Shown: positions 9,336 through 19,812, numbered from the stretch's first letter. The stretch is DNA of 64,000 bases from an uncultured Eubacteriaceae bacterium (GCA_937872065.1 CALMRA010000288.1:4817-68816), one strand, 5' to 3'. The notes: a model not told the origin generated them from the letters alone. A program made the numbers and translations.

Positions 9336-10040
9336 CTATTTAAAAGAAGCTTCCGCATACAGATTGTTGCGTTCGCCCAGCATATACGTGATGCCCCAGC
9401 CGACAGGCTTGTCGTGGTTGTCGTACAGAAACTCTTCAACAGCCAGCAGCGGCGTGCCTTCTTCGGCGTTCAGGAGCCTGGCGGTATCCTCTTCCGCTCC
9501 CGCCGCAAAGATCCTGAGCTTCTTCGTGATCGCGAAGATCGAGTTTTTGCGGGCGACCATTTCAGGAAAGGTGCTGTTTTTCAGTTCCTTCTCCAGAAGC
9601 GGGATCCCCCGATGGTACGGTATGTATTTGACATCGCATGCGATCGCTTCTCCGCCTTCTTTGAAGACGCGCCGGATCATGATAACCGGCTGTTCCTTCG
9701 GGATCTCGAGTTTGATCCCCACCATCTGGGTGGGCTTGATGACATCCAGGTCGATCAGATCGATCGAATCCGGACTGCCCGACAGGCTGAAGGTCTCGTC
9801 GTAGATCAGCTCGCATTTTTCAAGGCCCGGTTCGCAGACAAAGTATCCTTTTCCTGCGACCGCGTGAATGTACTCTTCGTTTACCAGCCGGGTCAGGGCC
9901 TTTCGGACCGTCATTCGCGAGACGCCGTAATGCTCTCTGAGCTGGTTTTCAGACTGAACCGGATCCCCCGGATTGAGGACCTGAGACATGATCTGCGATT
10001 TCAGATCATCGGAGATCCTGATATACTCTGGTATTCCCAT
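9336..10040 (-). CDS. GntR-family regulator, HutC-like (UTRA effector domain)
   Basis: wHTH QLREHYGVSRMTVRKALTRLVNEEYIHAVAGKGYFV plus a roughly 150-aa C-terminal effector domain. GGAGGG RBS. Confidence 0.85.
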   Translation of the reverse strand: MGIPEYIRISDDLKSQIMSQVLNPGDPVQSENQLREHYGVSRMTVRKALTRLVNEEYIHAVAGKGYFVCEPGLEKCELIYDETFSLSGSPDSIDLIDLDVIKPTQMVGIKLEIPKEQPVIMIRRVFKEGGEAIACDVKYIPYHRGIPLLEKELKNSTFPEMVARKNSIFAITKKLRIFAAGAEEDTARLLNAEEGTPLLAVEEFLYDNHDKPVGWGITYMLGERNNLYAEASFK

Positions 10041-10051
10041 AGTCCCTCCAT

Positions 10052-10942
10052 TCAGACGACAGGATTGCGCAGGGTGCCGAGGTGTTCGATCGTAACAGCC
10101 ATTTCATCTCCGGGCTTCAGGATCACCTGCGGATCTCTGCCCTTCCCGACGCCTGACGGCGTTCCTGTCAGGATAATATCTCCCGGGAGGAGCGTTTTTC
10201 CCTGTGACAGATCTGAAATGAGTTCGCTGATGCTGTGAATCAGCTTTCCCGTATTCGACTGCTGCATGACGTTTCCGTTGAGCTCCATCCGGATATCGAG
10301 AGCCGGAGGATACGGAAGACTTGAGCGATGAAGAATTGCAGGGCCGGTAGGGCAGAAGGTATCGAGGGATTTTCCGTCGAACCACTGTCCGCGCTCCGCC
10401 TGGATATCCCTTGCCGTCACGTCGTTTGCGCACATATATCCGAAAATATATTTTTCCGCGTCTTCAGGCGCGATGTTCGTACCCTTCCGGCCGATCACCA
10501 CAGCCATTTCTGCTTCGTAATCCGGTTCGTTCGTGATGCCCCGATGGGAGCTGACCGGTGCGTCAGGTCCCGTGACCGAAGTCGAAAGCTTCGTGAACCA
10601 GATGGGACTGTCGGGTACGGGACCGGCGATGGTTTTCAGTTCGTTTACATGATCCGCGTAATTTTTGCCCACGCACAGCACGTTGCGGCGAGGTTCAGGG
10701 ATCGGGGCCAGTACCGGGACGCGTTCAATCGGGATACTGCCGTCCGGTACGCTGTCTTTAAGCGCTTTTCTGAGCAGAGCGATCGTATCGTCGTCCGCGG
10801 CTTCGATAAAGCCGCACAGCGTTTCCGGCAGCTCCCGTCCGATCAGATTTCCCGCCGCTTTAAGCGGAACGACGTGCTTCCCGTCCTGTGTCAGGATCCC
10901 GCCGCACTGTTTTTCATTTGCTTCATAGCTGATAAAATACAT
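10052..10942 (-). CDS. fumarylacetoacetate hydrolase (FAH) family protein
   Basis: FAH-fold motifs GKNYADH, YEAEMAVVIG and GDIILTGTPSGVG. Co-directional with and 11 nt upstream of the GntR gene. Confidence 0.85.
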   Translation of the reverse strand: MYFISYEANEKQCGGILTQDGKHVVPLKAAGNLIGRELPETLCGFIEAADDDTIALLRKALKDSVPDGSIPIERVPVLAPIPEPRRNVLCVGKNYADHVNELKTIAGPVPDSPIWFTKLSTSVTGPDAPVSSHRGITNEPDYEAEMAVVIGRKGTNIAPEDAEKYIFGYMCANDVTARDIQAERGQWFDGKSLDTFCPTGPAILHRSSLPYPPALDIRMELNGNVMQQSNTGKLIHSISELISDLSQGKTLLPGDIILTGTPSGVGKGRDPQVILKPGDEMAVTIEHLGTLRNPVV

Positions 10943-11118
10943 TTTTTTGTCAGAAACAGACCGTCCGGCCGCCCCTGTTATCTTCTTTCTAATTTACTCT
11001 GTTTAAGCATAGTATACCGAATTATAGGGTAAACGGAGGTGACTTAAATCCGTGCGCATCCGTTTAACCGTATTTATATTTTAGCACAACAGCCGACCGC
11101 TCACCCGACAAGTCATTA

Positions 11119-11147
11119 TTGACGCTGTCTGTTGTGAATAATATAAT
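11119..11147 (+). promoter_or_regulatory. sigma-A promoter of the pyr operon (TTGACG-17-TATAAT)
   Basis: TTGACG at 11119-11124, 17-nt spacer, TATAAT at 11142-11147, about 140 nt upstream of pyrB. Confidence 0.7.
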
Positions 11148-11205
11148 AAATAAAATACAGATTTTCAAAAACGGGGCGCAGAAACACGCCGTTAAGAATC
11201 TGACT

Positions 11206-11232
11206 GACGCCCTGATAAAGGCGTTTTTTTTT
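11206..11232 (+). terminator. leader terminator / attenuator upstream of pyrB
   Basis: Short stem (g)acgcc / ggcgt(t) with an 8-nt loop, followed by T9, inside the 5' leader between promoter and pyrB. Confidence 0.55.
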
Positions 11233-11288
11233 GAAAAAAATCCGCCGGCGTCAGTCGGAATTATGGAACTATAGATTACGGAGGAAAC

Positions 11289-12230
11289 ATGCTTAAAGGA
11301 AGACACCTGACCGAGCCCGGTGATTTTACGCTCGAAGAGCTCGATGAAGTCTTCGATCTCGCGGACGATATAATCGAACACGAAGAGGACTATCTCGATG
11401 CAGCTCACGGGAAACTTCTCGCTACGCTTTTTTACGAACCCTCGACACGCACGCGCTTCAGCTTCGAAGCCGCGATGCTGCGGCTCGGAGGCCAGGTAAT
11501 CGGGTTTTCCGATCCGAAGGCATCTTCGGCTGCAAAAGGCGAGTCCCTGACGGACACGGTCCGTACGGTAAGCTGCTACGCGGATGCGGCGGTGCTCCGC
11601 CACCCGCGCGAAGGTACGGCGCATCTTGTCGCGAAGACCATTACGGATATGCCCATTATCAATGCCGGCGACGGCGGCCACGAACATCCGACTCAGACGC
11701 TCACAGATCTGCTGACCATCCGTCATGAGCTGGGCAGCTGCGACAACAAGGTTGTCGGCGTCTGCGGAGACCTGCTGTTCGGCCGGACCATCCATTCGCT
11801 GGTCAAGACGCTTAACCGCTACAGCGGCAATAAATTTGTCTTTATCTCACCGAAGGAACTCTGCATGCCGGAACACATCAAAGCGCATCTCGCTCCCGAT
11901 TCGTATGTCGAAACGGACAGCCTCGACGACGTTATCGGCGATCTGGATATCCTGTATATGTCCAGAGTCCAGCGCGAACGTTTCGTTTCTGAAGAAGAGT
12001 ATATCCGACTGAAGGATTATTATATTCTGGATCACAACAAGATGAAGCATGCCAGACCGGACATGATCGTCATGCATCCGCTCCCGCGCGTCAACGAGAT
12101 CGCGGTTGAGGTCGACAAAGACCCGAGAGCTAAATATTTCGATCAGGCGAAATACGGAATGTACGTACGTATGGCGCTTTTGAGCAAACTCATGGGAGTA
12201 GAAAACAATGTTAAACGTAGCGAAGCTTAA
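11289..12230 (+). CDS. pyrB: aspartate carbamoyltransferase catalytic subunit
   Basis: Motifs [15 protein letters not shown] and HPLPRVNEI. 313 aa. GGAGGAAA RBS. Confidence 0.95.
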   Translation: MLKGRHLTEPGDFTLEELDEVFDLADDIIEHEEDYLDAAHGKLLATLFYEPSTRTRFSFEAAMLRLGGQVIGFSDPKASSAAKGESLTDTVRTVSCYADAAVLRHPREGTAHLVAKTITDMPIINAGDGGHEHPTQTLTDLLTIRHELGSCDNKVVGVCGDLLFGRTIHSLVKTLNRYSGNKFVFISPKELCMPEHIKAHLAPDSYVETDSLDDVIGDLDILYMSRVQRERFVSEEEYIRLKDYYILDHNKMKHARPDMIVMHPLPRVNEIAVEVDKDPRAKYFDQAKYGMYVRMALLSKLMGVENNVKRSEA

Positions 12231-12639
12231 GAAAGGGATCGTCATCGATCACATCAACGCGGGCAAGGGCTTCGATATCTACAAAGAGCTGCATCTGAAC
12301 GATATCGACGATGCTGTCGTGCTGATGAAAGGACTTCCGAGCAAAAAGCTCGGCAAGAAGGATATGATCAAGATCGAAACGGATGTCGAGCTCGATATGG
12401 ATGTGCTGGGCCTCATCGACCCCGACGTCACGATCAATTACGTAGCGGACGGCGAACTGATTTCGAAGGTCAAGCTCACTCTTCCGAAAAAGGTGACAGG
12501 TATCCTGGAATGCAAGAATCCGCGCTGTATTTCCCAGTATGAGCATACCGGTCCGATCACCTTCTATCTTGTCGATCCGAAAACGAAGACCTACCGCTGC
12601 GAATACTGCGATTCATATACGACGTTCAGAAGCAGATAA
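12208..12639 (+). CDS. pyrI: aspartate carbamoyltransferase regulatory subunit
   Basis: 143 aa. C-terminal zinc Cys pairs CKNPRC ... CEYC. Overlaps the pyrB end. Confidence 0.9.
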   Translation: MLNVAKLKKGIVIDHINAGKGFDIYKELHLNDIDDAVVLMKGLPSKKLGKKDMIKIETDVELDMDVLGLIDPDVTINYVADGELISKVKLTLPKKVTGILECKNPRCISQYEHTGPITFYLVDPKTKTYRCEYCDSYTTFRSR

Positions 12640-12643
12640 TAAT

Positions 12644-13870
12644 ATGAAAACACTGATTACAAACGCGGTCCTGACCGATGCCGGCGGGACCAGAGACGGA
12701 AAGGTCCTGATCAGGGACGGCAGGATCGAGAAAGTATACAAGCCCGGCAGCCGTATCAGAGCGAAATATGATAGCGAGATCGATGCGGGCGGACTTACGC
12801 TGATGCCGGGGTTTATCGATACCCACAGTCATCTGCGCGATCCGGGGCTGACGTACAAGGAAGACCTGACTACGGGCCTTCGAGCCGCGGTCAAGGGCGG
12901 CTTCACGACAGTCACCGCGATGGCGAACACGAAGCCTGTGACGGATACGGCGGAAAAGGTCGCCGATATCAAGGCCCGCGCGAAAGAAGTCGGACTTGCG
13001 GACGTCAATCAGGTCTGTGCGCTGACGAAGGATTTCGGCAGCCGGGAATGTGTGGATTTTCCATCGGTCGTTGCGGAGACGAGAAGCATCTCCAACGACG
13101 GACACAATGTCGACGATGCGGAAGCGATGGCCGAAGGGCTTCGCGCGTCTCAGGAATACGACTTTATCCTGATGTGCCACGAAGAGCCTGAAACAGAAAC
13201 GGTTGTCCGCGATATCGGGCTGCTGCGCGAAAACGGCGGTCATCTGCATATCTGCCACATCAGCAAGAAAGCGACGCTGGACGCGATCGCCGAAGCGAAG
13301 AAGGAAGGACTCGACATTACCTGCGAGGTCACCCCGCATCATCTGTACGCGTCGGGGCTCGAATATCGTGTTCATCCGCCGTTCCGGACCTGGAATGACC
13401 GCAGAGCGCTTATCGCGGGCTGCGCCGCCGGTACGATCGATACCCTCGGCACTGACCACGCGCCCCATTCCGAAGAGGATAAGGCGGCCGGGTCTCCGGG
13501 GATCAACAATTACGAGACGGCCTTCGGGATGTATCATACGGTATTCAGCAAGGCGGGAATTCCGCTTTCGCGTCTGTCTGAAATGGCCAGTGCGAAGCCG
13601 GCGCAGCGTCTCGGCATGAAAGCCGGACTCATTAAGGAAGGATATCCTGCGGATCTCGTTCTCGTCGATCCGTCTGAAGAATGGCAGATCAGACCGAAGG
13701 CTTTCGTCAGCAAATCCCATAACACGCCCTTCGGCGGCGACTGGATTCTCGGAAGGGTCCACAAGACCATCAAGTCAGGGCAGGTCGTATACGATGCGGA
13801 CGCAGAAGAGCCGTTTAATCCGATTAAAGCTGAAAAATCAGAAGAAACAGAACAGGAGACACAAGCATGA
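12644..13870 (+). CDS. pyrC: dihydroorotase
   Basis: Amidohydrolase metal motif GFIDTHSHLRDPG. ATG 12644 chosen (N-terminus MKTLITNAVL); the longer ORF from 12539 overlaps pyrI. Confidence 0.9.
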   Translation: MKTLITNAVLTDAGGTRDGKVLIRDGRIEKVYKPGSRIRAKYDSEIDAGGLTLMPGFIDTHSHLRDPGLTYKEDLTTGLRAAVKGGFTTVTAMANTKPVTDTAEKVADIKARAKEVGLADVNQVCALTKDFGSRECVDFPSVVAETRSISNDGHNVDDAEAMAEGLRASQEYDFILMCHEEPETETVVRDIGLLRENGGHLHICHISKKATLDAIAEAKKEGLDITCEVTPHHLYASGLEYRVHPPFRTWNDRRALIAGCAAGTIDTLGTDHAPHSEEDKAAGSPGINNYETAFGMYHTVFSKAGIPLSRLSEMASAKPAQRLGMKAGLIKEGYPADLVLVDPSEEWQIRPKAFVSKSHNTPFGGDWILGRVHKTIKSGQVVYDADAEEPFNPIKAEKSEETEQETQA

Positions 13871-14724
13871 TCATAGACAGACTGCATGAAGCCGCCTGTG
13901 ATTCGCCGGTCTGCGTCGGTCTCGACACGAGAATCGAATACCTGCCGGAATATCTCGCCTCGAATGCGGAATTGACGCCTGGTGAGAAAATCACGGAATT
14001 CAATAAGCGGATTATCGATGCGACGGCGGATCTGGCAGCGTGCTACAAGATTCAGATCGCCTGCTACGAAGCGCTTGGACTCGACGGAATGAAGGCCTAT
14101 GCGGATACCTCGAAGTACGCGAGAGAAGCCGGCAGAATCGTCATCGGCGACGCGAAGCGCGGGGACATCATGTCTACCGCCGGCGAATACGCCAAGGGCC
14201 ACTTTACCGGAGATTTTGAAACGGACTTTCTGACCGTCAATCCGTATATGGGCGAGGACGCGATCTCTCCGTACTATCCGTATGTCAAAGATCATGACAA
14301 GGGACTTTTTGTCCTGCTCCATACGAGCAATCCCTCCGCGCAGGATTTTCAGGAGGACAAGCTGCATACCGGCCAGGCTCTCTATGAAAAGGTCGCGGAC
14401 AGCATCGAAAAATGGGGGCGCCCCTTTGTCGGTGATTCCGGTTTCTCGTCGATCGGAGCCGTTGTCGGACTGACGTATCCGGAGGCCTTCGAAAGCCTGC
14501 AGACCGCCCATCCGAACATGTTTTTCCTCGTGCCGGGCTACGGCGCTCAGGGCGGAAGCGGAAAGGACGTCGCAGAGATTTACGGACGCGGACGGTGTGC
14601 TGTCGTCAACAATTCGCGCGGGATCATCACGGCCCATAAGGGAAAGGCGGAGGATGCATCCTTCGTCGATCCGATCCGTCAGAAGACCCTTGAGATGAAA
14701 GAGGATATATTCCAGTGGCTGTAA
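13867..14724 (+). CDS. pyrF: orotidine-5'-phosphate decarboxylase (type 2)
   Basis: 285 aa. DAKRGDI motif. ATGA overlap with pyrC. Confidence 0.9.
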   Translation: MIIDRLHEAACDSPVCVGLDTRIEYLPEYLASNAELTPGEKITEFNKRIIDATADLAACYKIQIACYEALGLDGMKAYADTSKYAREAGRIVIGDAKRGDIMSTAGEYAKGHFTGDFETDFLTVNPYMGEDAISPYYPYVKDHDKGLFVLLHTSNPSAQDFQEDKLHTGQALYEKVADSIEKWGRPFVGDSGFSSIGAVVGLTYPEAFESLQTAHPNMFFLVPGYGAQGGSGKDVAEIYGRGRCAVVNNSRGIITAHKGKAEDASFVDPIRQKTLEMKEDIFQWL

Positions 14725-15521
14725 TACATAAAAACGACGAGATCGCCGACGGCATCTTCCTGATGGAAGTGGAGCTTGACGACGAGGATACGGGGAAACC
14801 GGAACCCGGCCAGTTTTACATGGTCAGGGGCTGGGACCGATATCCGCTGCTTTCGCGTCCGATCTCGGTTTTCGATTATGAAGAGCTTCCGTGCGTGTCG
14901 CCGGACGGAAGCACCGAAGGCGCGCCGGTCACCCGGGTGCTTTCGTTCCTGTATCAGGTTGTCGGGGAAGGAACCGAGCTGCTTGCGGAGCTGTCCGAGG
15001 GTTCGGACGTAACGGTCGAGGGACCCTTCGGCAATACGTTTCCCGAGGTCGAAAACAGGCTTACCCTCGTAGGAGGCGGGATCGGAATCGCTCCGCTGTA
15101 TTACCTTGCGAAAAGCTATCGCAGAGATCACCGTGACCGCAGCCTGAAAATCTATCTCGGTTTCGCGGAGGAATCCTACGCGGTCGCGCTGTTTGAGGAA
15201 GTGGCGAACTCCGTGACTGTCGATGTCGGAGGCTTTATCACCGACCGGATGGATGTTTCCGGTTATTCGGATCAGGATACGGTCGTAACCTGCGGGCCCG
15301 CGCCGATGATGAACGCCGTCATGGCGAAAATTCCGGCGCAGACAAAGACCTTCGTCTCGCTCGAAGCGAGGATGGCCTGCGGCGTCGGCGCCTGCCTCGG
15401 CTGCGTCAAGGAAGCGCCTCTGCGCTGGAAAATGACGGACGAGGGTCTTGTCACGGACGGGAGCGTTCACGTCAAGGTCTGCTCGGACGGACCGGTCTTC
15501 GAACGGGAGGTGGTCGAATGA
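14715..15521 (+). CDS. pyrK: dihydroorotate dehydrogenase electron-transfer subunit
   Basis: Ferredoxin-reductase-like fold plus C-terminal 2Fe-2S cysteines CGVGACLGC ... C. GTG start overlapping the pyrF end. Confidence 0.85.
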   Translation: MAVIHKNDEIADGIFLMEVELDDEDTGKPEPGQFYMVRGWDRYPLLSRPISVFDYEELPCVSPDGSTEGAPVTRVLSFLYQVVGEGTELLAELSEGSDVTVEGPFGNTFPEVENRLTLVGGGIGIAPLYYLAKSYRRDHRDRSLKIYLGFAEESYAVALFEEVANSVTVDVGGFITDRMDVSGYSDQDTVVTCGPAPMMNAVMAKIPAQTKTFVSLEARMACGVGACLGCVKEAPLRWKMTDEGLVTDGSVHVKVCSDGPVFEREVVE

Positions 15522-16423
15522 ACAGGCTTGCGGTCGATTTCCTCGGAAATCATCTGAAAAATCCCGTCGTTATGGCGTCCGGAACCTACGGCTTCGGCAC
15601 CGAATATGCCAGATTCTACGATCCGGCAGAGCTCGGCGGTTTTTCGACAAAGGGACTTACGTTAGAACCCCGGCCGGGCAACAGCGGAATCCGACTGTGG
15701 GAGACGCCGTCGGGGCTTCTCAACAGCATCGGACTCGAAAATCCCGGAATCGACGATTTTGTCGGCAGGATCTGGCCGGAGATCAAAGATCTCGATACGC
15801 TGATTCTTGCGAACGTCGGGGGAAAAGATGAAGAAAGCTATCTCGAAGCGGTCAGAAGGCTCAACGATATCGATATTCCGATAATCGAGCTCAATATCTC
15901 GTGTCCGAACGTCAAGGCGGGCGGAATGGCCTACGGCATGGAGCCTGACAAAGCTGGCGAGATCACGGAAAAGGTCAAAAACGTGAGCCGTCATCCGGTG
16001 ATGGTCAAGCTGTCTCCCAACGCGGGGGATCTTGTCGGAGTCGCGAAGGCCTGCGAACAGGCGGGAGCCGACGCGCTGTCCCTGATCAACACGCTTCAGG
16101 GCATGGCGATCGACTGGCGCACGAAGAAGATCGTGTTTGACAATACGTATGCCGGATTCTCCGGTCCCGCGGTCAAGCCGGTGGCGCTGCGCATGGTTCA
16201 CCAGGTCTGCGGGGCAGTCGATATTCCGGTCATGGGACTCGGCGGGATCACGACATGGCAGGATGCGCTGGAATTTATGCTGGCGGGCGCCTCCTGCATT
16301 CAGATCGGCACAGCCGGCTTCGCGGATCCGTACGCGCCTCTGGCGGTGATAGACGGCCTCGAACGCTACTGCGAAGACGAGGATGTCATGCTGGCTGATC
16401 TGATCGGGAAAGCCGTGAAATAA
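15518..16423 (+). CDS. pyrD: dihydroorotate dehydrogenase 1B catalytic subunit
   Basis: NPVVMASGTYGFG and IELNISCPNV (catalytic Cys). ATGA overlap with pyrK. Confidence 0.95.
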   Translation: MNRLAVDFLGNHLKNPVVMASGTYGFGTEYARFYDPAELGGFSTKGLTLEPRPGNSGIRLWETPSGLLNSIGLENPGIDDFVGRIWPEIKDLDTLILANVGGKDEESYLEAVRRLNDIDIPIIELNISCPNVKAGGMAYGMEPDKAGEITEKVKNVSRHPVMVKLSPNAGDLVGVAKACEQAGADALSLINTLQGMAIDWRTKKIVFDNTYAGFSGPAVKPVALRMVHQVCGAVDIPVMGLGGITTWQDALEFMLAGASCIQIGTAGFADPYAPLAVIDGLERYCEDEDVMLADLIGKAVK

Positions 16424-17193
16424 TGAGCTCCGCTTCGTTCGCAGTTTTCTCGCTGTACGCGATTTTAGTTTTGATCGGTCTGTACGCCGGAAGTCTGACG
16501 ACGAGAGTTATTTTCCGTCTGTCTCTGCCTAAAGGAAGCAGACGGGGACCGTCGTTCTGTCCGAACTGCGGAAAACATCTGCGGGCGACCGACCAGATCC
16601 CGATCATAAGCTATATTCTGCTCAGAGGACGATGCCGGAGATGCGGCCAGAGGATCTCGCCGATGTATCCTGCCACCGAGCTTTTCGGCGCGTTTATGGT
16701 CACGTTTGTCTCCTGGTATTTCGGATTCTCGCTTCACGGCTATATCGTCTGCCTCGCGTCGCTCTTACTGTACGCGCTGGCTGTGATAGACCTGAAGTGC
16801 ATGAGGCTGCCGGACGTGCTTACGGGAAGCCTGGCCGTGCTGGGGGTGCTGGATATATTCGTGATCAGCACGCCGGATCCTCTGTCGAGAGCGGCGGGAG
16901 CCGCATGCGCGCTGATCCTCCTGGGTGTCAGATTTCTGACTCGCGGAGGGATCGGCATCGGGGACGTCAAGCTCACGGCGGCAGCCGGTATCCTTCTCGG
17001 ATACGACAACACGCTGGCCGCGCTGGGCTTCGCCGTTCTTACAGGCGCTGTCGCGGCGGCAGTCTATAAATTTAACGGAGTCAAAAAGATGCCCTTCGGA
17101 CCGTGGCTGTGCGCGGGAATTTTCGCAGCCGCGCTGTACGGCGAGGAGCTGACCAGTCTCTATCTGAACTTTATCCGCTTTGTGGCCTACTGA
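16423..17193 (+). CDS. A24-family prepilin peptidase
   Basis: N-terminal CPNCGKHL ... CRRCGQRI zinc motif, Asp-containing LPDVLT and GIGDVKL, multi-TM. TAATG overlap with the pyrD stop. Confidence 0.8.
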   Translation: MSSASFAVFSLYAILVLIGLYAGSLTTRVIFRLSLPKGSRRGPSFCPNCGKHLRATDQIPIISYILLRGRCRRCGQRISPMYPATELFGAFMVTFVSWYFGFSLHGYIVCLASLLLYALAVIDLKCMRLPDVLTGSLAVLGVLDIFVISTPDPLSRAAGAACALILLGVRFLTRGGIGIGDVKLTAAAGILLGYDNTLAALGFAVLTGAVAAAVYKFNGVKKMPFGPWLCAGIFAAALYGEELTSLYLNFIRFVAY

Positions 17194-17291
17194 TCACAGC
17201 GCGGATCACGATAACGATATCGGAAATAACCGGTATAAAAGACAAAGCGGCGGCAGGACAGCCGGCCCCGCGATTTAAGGAAAGAAAACCG

Positions 17292-18737
17292 ATGCATTTT
17301 AAAAGAAAGCTCGAACTGGCGACAGACCTGTATCAGATGAGTATGGGCAACGTCTATTTCGAGGAGGGAAAGCAGAATCAGACTGCCGTGTTCGATATGT
17401 TTATCCGCAACAATCCGTTTAACGGCGGATATACGGTTGCGGCCGGACTTGAACAGGTCATCGAATACATCCAGGGACTCGCGTTCACGGATGAGGAGGT
17501 GGCCCTGATCGGCAGAAATCATCCGGAATTTACGGAAGGCTTTCTCAATTACCTGAGGGATTTCAGATTTACCGGCGAGCTGTACGCGCTGCCGGAAGGG
17601 ACGATCTTTTTCCCCTTCGAACCGATAATCCGGGTAAAGGCTCCGCTCATCGAAGCGCAGCTCGTGGAAACGACGATGCTGTCGATTATCAACCATCAGA
17701 CGCTTATCGCAACGAAGGCGTCGAGGATTATGGATGAAGCGGGTGACGATGTCGTCATGGAATTCGGACTCAGACGGGCCCACGGCACGGAAGCCGGCTT
17801 TTTCGGAGCTCGGGCCGCCGTGATCGGCGGGTTTACAGGAACATCCGTCGTTGAAACGGAGGAAATGCTGGACCGTCCGTCAATGGGAACGATGGCTCAC
17901 AGCTTCGTTCTGTCCTACGATTCTGAGGAAGAAGCCTTCGAAGCCTTCGCGAAGTACAATCCGCAGAATGCGCTCGTGCTCGTCGACACCTTCGATACGC
18001 TCAATTCCGGCATGCCCAACGCGATCCGATGCTTCAAGAAGCTCAAGGATGAAGGGACGATCACAGGAAGCTACGGAGTCCGCATCGATTCGGGGGACCT
18101 TGCGTATCTGACGCGTGAAGCCAGACGCATGCTCGACGACGCGGGCTTTACCGACGCGAAGATCTGCGCCTCCTCGGACCTCGATGAATATCTGATCAAG
18201 GACCTGAAGGCTCAGGGCGCGAAGATCGACAGCTGGGGAATCGGAACGAAGCTGATCACCGCCTACGACTGTCCGGCTCTCGGCGGGGTATACAAGCTGG
18301 CGCAGATCGACGACAAGCCGAAGCTCAAGGTGTCCAACGACCCCTGGAAAATCACGAATCCCGGGTATAAGAAGATTAACCGCATTTACGGAGAAAACGG
18401 AAAGGCGCTGGCCGATCTGATCACCTTTGCCGATGAAGAGATCGATGAAACAAAGCCGCTGACCATTTTCCATCCGATGCATCCGTGGAAGCGCAGACGT
18501 CTGTCGGGCTTTCATATCGAAGAGCTGTTAAAGCCGATCTTTATCGACGGAAAGCTCGTCTATGAAAAGCCGTCGATCCGCGATATCCAGAACCGTCTGA
18601 AGGAACAGAAGGAATCGGTCTGGCCGGAATACAAGCGTATCGTCAATCCTGACGTCTATCATGTGGACCTTTCCCAGCCTTTGTGGGATACACGCCAGGG
18701 ACTGCTCAACGAATACTCAGTGATACAGGATGAATAG
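17292..18737 (+). CDS. pncB: nicotinate phosphoribosyltransferase
   Basis: N-terminus MHFKRKLELATDLYQMSMGNVYF is typical of NAPRTase. About 481 aa from ATG 17292; the longer ORF from 17103 overlaps the peptidase gene. Confidence 0.9.
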   Translation: MHFKRKLELATDLYQMSMGNVYFEEGKQNQTAVFDMFIRNNPFNGGYTVAAGLEQVIEYIQGLAFTDEEVALIGRNHPEFTEGFLNYLRDFRFTGELYALPEGTIFFPFEPIIRVKAPLIEAQLVETTMLSIINHQTLIATKASRIMDEAGDDVVMEFGLRRAHGTEAGFFGARAAVIGGFTGTSVVETEEMLDRPSMGTMAHSFVLSYDSEEEAFEAFAKYNPQNALVLVDTFDTLNSGMPNAIRCFKKLKDEGTITGSYGVRIDSGDLAYLTREARRMLDDAGFTDAKICASSDLDEYLIKDLKAQGAKIDSWGIGTKLITAYDCPALGGVYKLAQIDDKPKLKVSNDPWKITNPGYKKINRIYGENGKALADLITFADEEIDETKPLTIFHPMHPWKRRRLSGFHIEELLKPIFIDGKLVYEKPSIRDIQNRLKEQKESVWPEYKRIVNPDVYHVDLSQPLWDTRQGLLNEYSVIQDE

Positions 18738-19812
18738 ACGGGAAATGCCGCCTGCGGGTGCGGCGGATAAAAAAACGGAGATCCTCGAGATCGATGCCCG
18801 GAATCTGCAGACAGATCTGGTCGAACGGGCCGGGCAGGTCATCCGGGACGGCGGGACCTGCGCGTTTCCGACCGAGACCGTATACGGACTCGGTGCGGAC
18901 GGGCTTAATCCCGATGCTGTCAGAAAAATATTCGAAGCGAAGGGCAGGCCCGGAGACAATCCGCTTATCCTGCATATCGCATATCCGGAGCAGATCGCCC
19001 TTCTGACAACTGAACTGACCGAAAACGCGCGCGCGATGGCGGAGGCCTTCTGGCCGGGACCGCTTACGCTGGTGGTCCGCAGGAGCGGGATCGTTCCGGA
19101 TACCGTTTCTGCCGGTCTCGAAACCGTCGCGGTACGCTGCCCGTCCCATCCTGTGGCCCATGCGCTGATCCTTCAGGCAGATACGCCCATCGCGGCGCCG
19201 AGCGCGAATCTGTCCGGAAGTCCCTCACCGACATCGGGCGAACACGTTGTCCGGGACCTGGACGGCCGGGTCGACATGATCCTGGTCTCCGATGATTCTC
19301 AGATCGGCGTCGAGTCTACGGTCGTCGATACGACGAAGGTACCGCCGGTGATCCTGCGGCCCGGACGCATCACGAAGGAAGATCTGGAAGCAGTCGTCGG
19401 CGAGGTCAGGCTATCAGAGGGTATTACAAGCGGAGCGGAACCGGAGCATCCGGCGTCGCCCGGCATGAAGTATACCCATTATTCACCGAGGGCGGAGGTA
19501 TATCTGACCGACGGAACCGATGAAGAAACGGAACGTGCGATCAGGAAGGCCTGTGAGGATGCGGACGGAACGATCGCGATTCTGACGACGGGTCCCGTGA
19601 CTGAAAAGCTGCGTGACGATATGATCGTATTGTCTCTCGGGGACGATCCCGAGCAGTACGAGCATAATCTGTTCTCCGAGCTGCGCAGGCTTGACGATCT
19701 CGGCGCAGACAGGATCTTTGTCAGAATGCCCGCGGCAGGAGACAGAACGCTTGCCGTCAGAGACAGACTGATGCACGCGGCCGGCTATCGCTTCCTGCCG
19801 AAGGACGAATAA
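18730..19812 (+). CDS. tsaC: L-threonylcarbamoyladenylate synthase (YrdC + Sua5 domains)
   Basis: AFPTETVYGLGADG YrdC motif plus a C-terminal Sua5-type extension. 360 aa. Confidence 0.9.
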   Translation: MNRREMPPAGAADKKTEILEIDARNLQTDLVERAGQVIRDGGTCAFPTETVYGLGADGLNPDAVRKIFEAKGRPGDNPLILHIAYPEQIALLTTELTENARAMAEAFWPGPLTLVVRRSGIVPDTVSAGLETVAVRCPSHPVAHALILQADTPIAAPSANLSGSPSPTSGEHVVRDLDGRVDMILVSDDSQIGVESTVVDTTKVPPVILRPGRITKEDLEAVVGEVRLSEGITSGAEPEHPASPGMKYTHYSPRAEVYLTDGTDEETERAIRKACEDADGTIAILTTGPVTEKLRDDMIVLSLGDDPEQYEHNLFSELRRLDDLGADRIFVRMPAAGDRTLAVRDRLMHAAGYRFLPKDE

